A stretch of DNA of 64,000 nucleotides from contig NC_134027.1 in NCBI RefSeq assembly GCF_964204645.1, positions 6,790,485 to 6,854,484 on the forward strand. Reading direction: 5' to 3'. The notes beneath the pieces were generated by a model that was given only the letters and a program-made list of their open reading frames with translations, searched no databases and was not told the origin of the DNA. Positions 13,051 through 25,249 of the stretch are shown in pieces; position 1 is the stretch's first letter, and every line of letters begins with the position of its first letter. Source of the DNA: Tubulanus polymorphus (lineage: Eukaryota; Animalia; Nemertea). Made by a program: the position numbers and the translations under genes.

Positions 13051-13734
13051 TGTCTTTGTATTCCAAAGTTTGGACTCAGGTTGTCTTACAGAGTCAAGGT
13101 GCTACGAATTTATATACCGTACATGTATTCTAATTTTTTACTACTTACAAAATAAATCAATTTTAAATGGCATTTCATGTTTTATTAACTATTCTCGATA
13201 CGATTCTTCAGCGGCTATGAGACTTACCATGTATTGTTCCAAGAGATAGATACCATCGAGAGAAAACAAACCTAGTCATAGCAATGGAAATAACCTGATG
13301 TTTTTTTATTGTAACAAGAAGCATTCATTAATGAGCACCAAATACAAAATTCAACTAATTATATTATATACACTGACAATGATCACAGAAATGAAGAGGA
13401 TAAAAACTAGGAGCACATATGCTGTGGTTCAGCACAAAAACAAATTTATATTCAGGATTTACAAAATTTCTCATGATCAGTCCATCACTTTAATCATGAA
13501 GACCAAAAAGAACAAGGCCTCATTTCAAAATAGATTTTAATGCACATATGTTTACTTTAAACTACATTTAAGTGAATTTGATCATTGCACTAAAACCATG
13601 AAAGTACTTTGGAGAGGGACTCTACACAAAATTCTGTATTTCTGACAATCGACAGCCTAACAATGAATACGGCAGGACCCAACAATTTCTTATACTAAAT
13701 TTTCAGTCCCTTCTGGTATGAAATAACCTCGACC

Positions 13735-16700
13735 TCAGCTAATGCAGCAGACCATGTCCCCTGAAGTCATCAAAACTTCTCCCTCCAACAATGCATTCAC
13801 AACAGCTTTAGCGATATAACTTGTAGTTCCACCTTGTGCATTCGGTCGTGTATTGAAAAACGTGTTCATATTGTCCTCTTTTTCATTACCGGTTTGTGTA
13901 CTACGATCCCTTTGAAACTGATCAAATGCCTCCCGAATCATCTGTAAAATCGTTTAACCAAGTCCACATAAAAACAGAAATCACTACATCAACTAATTGG
14001 TACCATATTTGCATTTCATGATTGTTACCTTATCCACATCAACCGTTTTTGAGAATTCGACCTCTTGGTTTCGATCAAGAATTGTGGCAACCACCATAAA
14101 TGTCTACAAAATATAAGTACACACATGGTATAGGGGTTAATCCGAGAAAAATGAGAAAAACCATGAGAATTAAGAAGGAAAGTTCACCTCCACAACGATT
14201 TGTCGATAGGCTGGATCAGCTATCTTGCTCAACATTTGTTCAACTAGTAACATGAAGTTCAACTCGTACAGTGTCATGTCCGACAAAGTTGGTTGCTGGA
14301 AAATAAATCATGAAATTTAAGACAAAAAATCACGACCTGAATCATACCAGAAGACGAGAAAAAAAATTTCAAATTTTCACCTGTGGCAGGTGATATCCAG
14401 CAACTTTAATGCCACCGGGAGTTCTTTCTAAAATCAACCAAACTTTATCATAGAAGTCTTTGGGGACGCGATTCAAGGCACCATCCAACTGCCTTCTCCA
14501 CAGAGGTGATCTATAAAAATTGACAATACCTTATAATTCATTGATAGATCACCAATTCAATAGTTAATCTAATTAAAGAATTTAGTCGCAACTGTTGAAA
14601 TTTAACAAAAGAAATGATCATAACATTGAGTTAAGTATTCTTTATAGGTTACATACTTTTTACCTCATTTACAAGATAATTTCACAATTAAACCTATTTC
14701 TTAGTTTCTTCTTAATAATTATTTCCAATTGAAATACATCTCAAAGCAATAAGTATACCAGAATGTGACAATGCCGACCGCGACAATCCATTGAAGCTTC
14801 TTTAAAGCTTCCCAATATTACTGGATTCTGTCTATGGACCGGACAGGCGATGGACAAAAAAGTGAACGCAACAGCTCTCTGGGGCTACGTCCCTAATAAG
14901 GAAGACACCACTATTCGAAAATTGAGAAAATTGGCAGTTATGCATCTGATGTTGCAGATCTTTATCAGTAGCAGACTTATCTTATGCACTGTACTACTTT
15001 ACGGCACTGGCAGATTATATAAAATTCTCCGAAACCACAGTAATTATCAAATCCGAGACTACAAATGAATACTGACAGAATTGGCAGCATTAGAACACCA
15101 CACACTGATCAGTCCATAGACAATAGTAATCAATCACCAAACTTTGAAATGGAAGTAACCAAACTATAACCTGGATCCAGTTTTGAGTTAAATTTGACTC
15201 ATGAGTTAAAAGGCGCTTTTACGAAATTGAATCTGATTCGGTTTAGCTAAATCCGATTCGATGTCGGGAAACTAAAGGATTAGTAAATCAAATCGTTTTT
15301 CGTAAATGAGTCCAATCAATTTATCAATTTAAAGGTCGCGATTCGAAAGAAAATGGGCGTCAACGGTGACCGAATTATTGATAGATGATGGTCTGCGATA
15401 GATGTCTTTAGCCCGCGGTTAAAGAGGACGCTATGTTGGATTTCGCTGACTAAATCGCCAGTCGATTTAATAGATCAATTTACTAAACAGCATCCATAAA
15501 CGAGTTGATTTACCAAATCCGATTCACTAAAACCGCGTGCTGTAAAAGTGAAACTTAAATCGATTTACAAAGATTTAGTTTCGTAAAAAGCGCCTAAAAT
15601 GTTGAAGATGAACTGATTTTAACTCACAATTGTGGAACCGGGCCAAGGTGGTTAAGGTGTTGATTGAGCCAGTAGTCTCATATGGAGGCTATTGGCAAGA
15701 ATGAGAAATTTGGTCAGTGTGTGAGTTGAGCCATAATATATAGTTGAGTTGAGGCATTATATGTGCAGGAGTATTATATAATAAGTATGCAAACATAACA
15801 GAAATAATTGAAAATAAATTATGTCAAATTTGTATCAAAAGCATTCAGGATATGATAATTTCAGGTTGGTTAAACCAATTAAGCGGTTAGTATAAATAAA
15901 TATGGCTTGCCTTTGCTGGCAGTGGCTGTGGGAAAAATACAACATACATGAGGTAAATAAATATCAATGGCTGCAATAAATATAAATGGCTGCAAGACAA
16001 TCAAAAACGTTAATCAAATAAAATATCAACAGCAATAATGCTTGAATGAATAATGGTCTACTAATTGTGTAGAATACAAAATTGCTATGTTTAAGTTAAT
16101 GATTAGTTATTCGTTATTAGTATCAACTAACTACATGCTTTTAATTAAAACAGTTTATTGAAACATGCTCAGTAAAGATGCTTCTACTGATGGAGTACTA
16201 TGTAGTTAGCTATTAGGCACATAGTATATGAATACACAAGAATACATACACGCACCTCATACCAGTAATATGAGTACTAAATTATTGTTTATGGCTCATT
16301 TGACTTCAATATGGAATGGATGCTCAGTTCCACAAAGCGGATTTGAGTTAAATGTGACCCTAGATTTCAAATACCAATAATTGAGAATGAACTATATTAA
16401 CTATAGAGTTAAATCTAACTCACGAGTAGAACTGAGGCCGGTAACACGCGTCATTTTTCAAACAATACCTGTAATCAAGATCGAGATCTAACTTGGTTAA
16501 TACACTGTGCAGTAACTGTTTTAAACCACTAGGGGAAAGTGCATATATATCGCTCTCATCTTCCCCGCTAAATCTCAATTCCAACTTCATTGCTTGAACT
16601 ATCCACCTGTAACGACAATTAATATAAAACTCATCATTAGAATATGCACAAGTTATGTGAAACTGAAACTGGGGGTCCAGGAACACCCCTCGCATGAATT

Positions 16701-19700
16701 GTTGACAATCTGACAATTTCAATATTCAACCGACTGTGGTGAGCAAATATAGAAATAAACGATCTTGAAACTCACCACAATTTCATAGAACTTGTCATGA
16801 TCTACACTTAAAAATTGATCTTGGTTACAAAAAATGCCCCTAGTGGATAAACATGGAAAATCAAATAATTGATTAGTCTTCAAAGTTTCCTTAAACACTT
16901 CAAAAATGAGTAAAAACTGCTGATTTCAGCAAACAACAGCCACCACTTGACCATCTAGATTCTGATTGGGCCAGTTTTTGGGCTGCAGATGTGTCTAGGG
17001 TAAGCGTCTTCAAATCTTCCCAAAATAACTGGATTCTGGCTGAGGATGGATGGATGAAAAATGAATGCAAAAGCCCGCTGGGAGTGAAGTCCCAAGTGGG
17101 CTAAGAAATAATTTTCAAGAAATGAAAATAATTTCGCAAACAAAAATTCTTGGTCAGGGCATTTTTCTAACCAAGTTTTGTCTAATACTTACCCCACTCG
17201 TACTTTAAGGATGCCCTCAAAAAGCTCTGGACAAACTGCGAACAGACGCCCAATGTAGAGGATCATTTCTTGTTGCATAACAGCCTGGTAAATATCGTGC
17301 GGAAAAACCTTTGAGTACAAGATACTTTTCACATCACTCGGTGACAAAGGTTTATCAACCACTTCTTCTTCTTGTCCAAAAACACCCAGAGTAACCTAGA
17401 AAATCAACTTGTAGGTTACTGATTTGTAGCCTTGTTTTGTACCTACCGGTACCATATTGTAAAAACAGTAGAAATATTCAGTCAGGGTTTATATCGTTGT
17501 AACAACAAACATACCTGGCGTCCACGGACTAAAATTGCCGACAGCGATGGAGCCAAACTATCAACGATCTTGTTCAGTAAGCTGGAGCAAAATCTGACCA
17601 CAGACCTACGGGTGGAAAATACATCAGCGCATGATAGTAGACTGACACATATGTAAAATGTGATGACAAGATTACCCAAGACTCAAGAAATGCATTCTAT
17701 TTTATCCATTAAAATGGTAGTACAAAACTATTTTCTATACCAATGTTGATGAATTCCAGCCTTTCTTGCCAGCATATTTATGTGTTCTTCGACGGTCGCG
17801 TCTTCAAACCAGAATTTGCTACCTTCTCTTTTCATCAGCAAATGTAATATGATACTCTGTAGGTAGAATGTGTCAGCCGAATGCCAGGTAGCGATCAAAT
17901 CCCAGGTCGGTTTATGCTCCAGCTCCTAATCATTGATGAATACAGAGAATGAGAGTGGCTTCTGATAGAATATATAAGAAGATTCAAGTAGATTCATGCA
18001 AAAATATTGAGTAAAACTGATCGAGCAAAACCATATTTATGAAAAGATTTTTTCTTATAAAATACACTCATACAGGTACTTATCATACAATGGACAAGAA
18101 TTTAAATGTGTTATCTTCGCAAATATGAGAACTTTTTTGCATATCCTTATATAAGCTACAGCAAGAGTTTTTCACAAAACAAAATCATGACAAGCTAATG
18201 ATTACATGTACAGCTGTCTTAAAACCTCAACAAACCAGTAATCCTGATCAGATTCAAGAAACGGGATCAACTTATTACGAAAACATACTAGAGTATCAGC
18301 TAAGAATATAATATGTGCATATTCTAGTCTACGCGCTACAACTACAAGAAAGACACAGTGCAAAAATCACACAATCTGAAAAATCACTATTGTGTATATG
18401 ATGAATAACAGAATCCACAATAGCTACGCTAAGTACATATAGAGTGAAACACACACAAACCAATAAAAAGTCACAAAAGTTTGTGCATGCTTACGAAGAT
18501 CTATGATCACATAATAATCACAGCAAGTCAGTAGTGATGTAACAATTCAATATATTACGTACAAGATACATTCCAAATACCAAATTAGTAAAGAAGGTTT
18601 ATCACTCACCGAGAGGACAGTGTCTGTCCTTAGCTTTTGTGAGTATGCAAGGAACAACTGTTTCTATTTTCAAAAGATTACTAGTAACATTTTATGACAG
18701 GAATTCGAAATTTGAAGCAATGCATTGAAGATATACACAGCCCAAGGTTCATGCAATTTGGCAAGTTCAATTCATTTAAATTCTATGCTCAAATCTTCAG
18801 CCAAAAGCATATACATGTGTATATACAATTACAAAGGCGATCTTGTTATTTCAATTCCATCATTTGTTCATTTGATACAATTAATGACAAATCATAGAAA
18901 CGGCATTGCAAAACTGAAATTAAGTACGATGATAGAACAATGGTTAGTCTTTAAAAAAGTGTCTGACTATACCAATGATTCAAAAATAATACAGCCTAAA
19001 TCTATGAGATATCTTCGATACAAAGTTATTCTATATAGATATATCACAGCAAATACCTGTTGATCTACAACTGCATTTTCTTCTTCATAGTTCAATATCG
19101 AAGGAATGTCAACCAGACTTTTGTAATTCAACCCGGCCTCGATTTCTACAACTGGTTGAAACTGGCTGTTAGCGCCAATGTGCCCGGTGAAAAAGTCAAG
19201 ATGTTCCATACAAGCTGATGAAATCATATTCTGAAAAAATACCTAGCTCGATTACTCTACGTACAGGAACATACATATGTATCTAATCAAAATGAACATT
19301 TCCAAGGATCAAGTAACACAAAGGATCAAACAAGCCATAGCTGACAACAGTTCTCAGGCTCAGGCTCGAATTCATCGTCACTGAGGCAACACCGAAACTC
19401 CCTTGTGCTAGTTCCCATTGAATTTGGGATATGTTGTATAGGCCTATAGGACCAATAGCTAAATTTCTTGCAAGACAACTTATAGAATTTCGACCCTGTT
19501 CCTCAGTTATGACGTATGAACAAAGTTTTTAGTGCCTAGTTGTGCTAGGTAACAAACTGGGCCCATTCTTTGCACTGCTAGACCCCCATAATAACATTGT
19601 ACCCAAGTTTCATTATCAAGGTTGACCTACTATCAATGAAGCTAAGTCACTGAAACACACACACAGCACAAAAATAAGGGTCATGAAATAGAAGCCCGAG

Positions 19701-22700
19701 AACCAATGTTTATCATATATATGAATTCTTAAATTCTCGAAGGCATGTGCTCTGATGATTAATTGATTACCTGAAGACGACCAACTCGCACTTTAATACC
19801 ACCGACAGAACCGCGCTTCATCTCAGCCAATAAATCAATGAATTCCCTCCATTGAGGACCTCTAAAACCATAAAAAGATTAATGGTAATTCTATTCATAA
19901 TATATATTGATAATCAAGTTTTAATCATAAAACACCGGCTAACTTTCGACGATTAAAGATCAATTGGACCAGTTTAATCTAAAGGATCACTAGACAAACA
20001 GCGATGAGATTGCACAACACGCTATTACATAGAAGCAAATTGAGCACATGTGTAAACTACTGCCATGTATCAACAGATTGTCAAAACAACAACAGAACAG
20101 TTACTATCACAGACATCAGAACTAAAAAATGTCATTTTGAAAGTAGTTTTCATAAAGAGATTTTTCCAATATCTTGAAGATAGTTATAAAATGACATCCT
20201 ATGCAAATTGTCACTGGAGACAAATTAGGCTCTAATATGAAACTTACAAGTTTTCTCGACTAGGAAACATCAAATGTCTGTAAAACATTCACATATCTAG
20301 TTTAAACATTGTTCTCTATAAATCACTGCTAAAACCATCTTTCAGCCAAAAAATGTGTTATTCAATACAGTGCATGTGACCTATTGTACATGAAATACGT
20401 TTCTGCATAGTATTCAAATTGTACACCACTTAAGACTAACCTAATACTGTCTTCTCGAATTAGCATACAAAACGTCGGACGTCCCGATAGTTTCCATTGT
20501 TTAGACAGAAATGCTAAATCACTCTAGAAACCAGTTAAGATAAGACATGATTAGTTTCATGATTACATCCATTTCTGTGCATCAAATACAGATCCATGAG
20601 AATATCATTGAAATATATATCACCTTTAATTCATCAATGACTAGTGGCATATCTTGAGACAAATAGAAATCGTTCAGCTCAAACAACAGAGGGTAACATA
20701 ATACAGTCGTGTTGTAGATACGATAAAACTGAAATACATATAATAGTATTAAAAACTTGGGATAAAAGGATTTTTTCCTTTTTTTGGACAGTTATCTCAC
20801 ATACTTTTGAGGTGCCAAGTTGCCCAATTGGTCTGCGAGGTCTTCCAGTTAAGCCTAGTTTTCTATTAATGCCCATGAATTCAAAAACTTTCATCAGAGT
20901 ATTTGGCGACCAGATTTTCACCGGCTCGACCTGGTGAGGTGTTTGCGTTTGAATACCGTATGTTCCTAACAACTGTTGCAGACGAACGCTCTCAGCAATC
21001 AATACAATCTGAACACTCATGTCCTGAGCAGCTGACTATGCAACAAATTAAAAACAAAAACAAATATATGGATATGTTTCTAAAGTCATTATGAGTAACA
21101 ATTTATCGACACAGATGGACTATATTTTGAGAAGTGCTTTTGGTCACTGACCTGAAAACAAGAGTACCGAACATTTGGTCTCGGTCGATTTCCAGCTGGT
21201 AGAAATCGTCTGATCGGATCGACCTCACCAATATATAACAACTGGTTATCTATTGAACAAATAACATGTCGCATATTCAAATACATTGAAACAGTTCGTG
21301 TAATTGTTTTACATATAAAACCAGGGACAAACTACTTACACAATAATTGAGATATGATAAAAAGAGCCTGTCCCCACAGAAATAGACCATCTTGACTCGG
21401 CAATCTTTCTTGACTGCCCGGATTAGCCTTTTCAGCTTCGATTGATTCCTTAGGCACGTAGTAATACTTAGGTAACACGAATCCATCGTTTGTTTTTTGA
21501 AGGAGTGACTTAACTTTGTTCTGATAATGATCCATATCAGCAGAAGACCCAAAATAACAACCTACAAGCATTCACTATAAATTTAAGAGTTTCATAGATT
21601 TTAAGGGAGTTTTAGGAGCAAATTTGCATTTTATTATACTGTAGTAGTCAAATTTTGATTCTAGGGCAAGTTTGTTCCAATTCTTCCATGAAAATGGTAG
21701 GCGTAGTTGAATTTAGTCACAATTCAGATAGATATGAAGAATAAGTTAACGGCTGTTCACGAGCTTACTTTCAATCAGTAGAAAGACATCAAACAAAGGC
21801 CATTCACATTCAATACCATCAAACGTCTAGAAAGTAGTTTGAAAACATGAATTTCTCATCTGCATTCTGTCAACTACAAACACAACCGATTGTTACATGT
21901 AATACCTTGATTTCAGCTGGCCGATAGTATTTCCTGTTTTTGTCTTCTAGGACTGTCTTGTAACCGTCTCGAAGAAAGCGCTTTAAGCTGTATTTACCGT
22001 TGAGTTTACGTTTTAACTTATCTAACGTTCTGTTACGTAGCTTTTTCTCATGCAGAGCAAATGCCGGCCAACTCAACACCGGTATCAATGACGCATCCGT
22101 GTTCTGTCAATGATAAAATCAATAGATCATAGTCAGCTCATTTTCATATCTAAATATATTGTCAGTTACACACTAGATGGAGTTATATCATATTTACTTT
22201 AAACGCGAAAAAAATTCAGGTACAATCCAGGGGACAAGAATAAACCGATTCAACTTACCTTCGATGCAGACTCTCTGGGCAGTAAAGTCTCAAAAATAGT
22301 ACGATTACGATTATGCGCATCTACATCTACATAAATTACTGACCAGGCAGCTCCAACACTGCCGAACACATTGAAACCATTGATTGATTCTAGTGCTGCT
22401 TTTGCCATACCTATTGAACTAAACAAATATGTAAAATAGATAAAATATACCCGTTAATATCAAAACCTTACTGATCAGAAATAAAAGGCGTTATAATAAA
22501 TTTGGTATTACTATGGTATTTTCATTGAATTCGGGTGTGATTTGGGATATTTGTTCTCAGAAGAATGTTGGCGTTAAGTGAACACTGCCATTAAAAAGGA
22601 AGGCGTTACTATGTACTTCGAAATGCTGGTCAGTGTAGACAATACTATTCTAACTAAATCCATGAAATCAAGTACATTAGTCTTTTTATACAGCAAACCT

Positions 22701-25021
22701 ACCTAGCATGTAATTCAACCGATCCATTATTATATTTGTTTCCTCGTTCCCACATGCCATAGTCTGGAGTTCGGTATGCTCTTTCTAGATAAAATACTAG
22801 GTTCTGTATAAAATTCACTTCATCCGTAGTGAATATGATCTGAAATTGAATTGATACATGCATATACATTCTGCAACTATTTTTCTTATTCATACAGAAC
22901 CTTCACAATAATAGGGTTTCCAGTGGTAAGGCCAGTGTAAAAAGGAGTACTTATAGGGACTTTTTAGGCAATTTTCCACCCAAAAGAAGGGACTTTTTGA
23001 TTCGGAAAGAAGGACTTTGCTGTAAAATGCGGTCCCAGAAGGGAGCATTTTCACAATGCCTTCACTGGGATACTAGTCATTAAGATCAGTCATACATTGT
23101 AGGATAATTCCATAGCCTAACACTTTCCTGTAGGCCTATACTCAATCTTACTGACAATTGAATTACCAGGCCTGAGTAATAAAACACTTTGACAATCGAA
23201 TTCACGACAAAATTGCGCGCAAAAAAATACATAAAATCAAATTTGGAAGGACTTTTTTATCAAAAGGAAGGACTTACAGTCAAAAAAGACAAAGTTTTTC
23301 CAAAAGAAGGACAAAGAAAGACTTGGGAATGACCGCTGGACTATATTTGCAAGCAATATATAGGCCTACCTGTAAACTGGACTCGATCATTTCAACGAGA
23401 AACAGAATAAATAATGCTACAGCATCAATCTGCAGGTGTTCACCTTCGTCGTCTTTCGATAAAGCATCACCTGTTACCATGTCAAATTTACAATGTAACG
23501 CGTTCTTCGGCGATTGATTCTGTTTAAATCTTTCTACCTGTTAAAAGTAAAGAACAAACAACTTTTCCAATCACTGAAATTATACTAAAAAACCATTTCT
23601 CTATCTCGGAAAATGAATAAATTTGGTCAGACTAATTTTTATAAACTACCAGTAAAGTTATCAGCATTATTGTTGAATGATGAATATCTTCAGATTGCAT
23701 CACAAAATTCAATGTGTAGGCCTAACATAGCTCAGTTTCGGAAAATGAAGACATTATCTTTTTTCACCTTTTCAGATTGCTTCATCCAAGCCATCAGAAT
23801 TCCACGCATGCATTTTATTGTGCATTGAGCCAATTCGAATGTACGCCCTTTATCATTGTCAACTTTTCTGTAAAATGCAAACAGAATAATGAGACTATGC
23901 CTATGCATAATGCTAGAAATCATTCCTTTTCAAATCAATTCTGATCTTCAAGCACTGTATCTTTCTTAGCAATGGAAGAATACGAATAAAACTGACCTGT
24001 AACTAAGCGACAGAGACCAGATAGCAGCAGCGCAATAGAGACTATCCCGTATATGAGCTACCTTACATTCTTCAGGGCTGTTCGTTTGAGGAAAAAGACC
24101 AGTAGTCGGACTTTGGTACTCGAGCAAGTTCTTGCGCACTAAAAAACGAAATGGGAAAATATTCTTTCACAAGATTCTTAAGAAAACAATGCAGTTGAGG
24201 ATAAAATTTTACTTTATAAACGCGTTTATAACGACAGTCTTTTTGACAGATAATTCAGCATCGTTATATTTGACAATTGCATGAAATTTCCCTAATCACA
24301 GTAGGCTAATTGAAAATTTTGTTAGAAAAATATGGGGTTGTGGATTTATCAAGGGTTAGGCCATCCTCCCTCTGCAAGGACTCGAACCTGATGGCATCGC
24401 TACACTCTGCCACGGCACGAACCCCTGCATCAGTAGACCGGGTGCGCAGGTACATGCGCAGCTTTCCGAACGAAAACTGGCGGCACCAATCAGATTGCTC
24501 GTTGTATAATCGTTGAGGCAAATTTCAAGGAAGAACTATAAATGGGAAAACCCGGGCTAAAATAAAACGGGATTTCTGATTGGCTAAAAATCACATCATC
24601 TGAACTGCGCATGTATCTGCGCACACGGTCGATTATGGCAGGGTTTCATGCCGTGGCAATCTCGATGTCATCAGGTTCGAATCCCTGCCGGGGGAGGATG
24701 GGGTTAGGCCTAGGCCAACATAAAAAAGGATAGCGGAATCTAATGTAAAACTCCTTGACACCCCTCCTGTTTTAGGTACGCCCATGGGCCTGAACCCAAA
24801 TATATTTGACGAGTGTCTTGCGCTAGGTTCTTAAAAGTGTGACTGATCTGGATCTGGATGGACTCAGTCAGTGACACTGACAGCTAATAAATGTGATTTT
24901 TTAGAAGCCAACGTCAAGGCCTACCTAATTTGTAATAATCTTCTAAACTTTGACAGCGATATTTAAAATCAAGACCCTCTGCATCGAGGAGGACATCAAT
25001 TCGGTTTCTGGGTCGATCCAT
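13735..25021 (-). CDS. PHKB: Phosphorylase b kinase regulatory subunit beta, >20 exons
   Basis: The first coding exon 25021-24925 (MDRPRNR...SLEDYYKL) splices in frame to 24138-23997 ([17 protein letters not shown]...[10 protein letters not shown]). Later exons give [137 protein letters not shown] and [18 protein letters not shown], all matching my recollection of PHKB. The C-terminus CCIS* is a CaaX farnesylation motif like vertebrate PHKB. Small internal exons between 14510 and 19056 are not fully resolved. Confidence 0.95.
15212..15594. mobile_element. Harbinger-like MITE nested in an older short MITE (~15170-15645), PHKB intron
   Basis: TIRs ggcgcttttacgaaattgaatct / agatttagtttcgtaaaaagcgcc. 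The flanking gagttaaa...tttaactca...ggaaccgggcc halves resemble the short element at ~16325-16438. Confidence 0.65.
24361..24701. mobile_element. MITE with long (~130 bp) imperfect inverted arms in PHKB intron 1
   Basis: ccatcctccctctgcaaggactcgaacctgatggcatcg pairs with cgatgtcatcaggttcgaatccctgccgggggaggatgg. Flanked by the direct repeat gggttaggc (24353-24361 / 24701-24709). Confidence 0.75.
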
Positions 25022-25249
25022 AATAAAAGTAGTTGATAAACACTAGAATAACATGGTTAAACATTTCATGACCGTGTTAAAAGTAGTGGGGGACAAATTC
25101 ATTATTTTATGGTATAGGCTACTACGGGTTAGTCAGTGGTGTACCAGAACACCGTTTCAAGATGGCGGCTATGTAGAGGGCGCCATGGGACAATACAGTG
25201 AGAACAGGACATTACCACCGCATACAACACGGGCCGAAAGCATCCGTAG

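Noticed and set aside
24212-24291. Candidate PHKB first exon
   Set aside because: The frame compatible with the next exon contains stops; 24925-25021 fits both phase and homology.
24640-24701. tRNA gene (GGTTCGAATCC)
   Set aside because: I could not fold an A-box/D-arm or acceptor stem, and the motif is part of a TIR pair.
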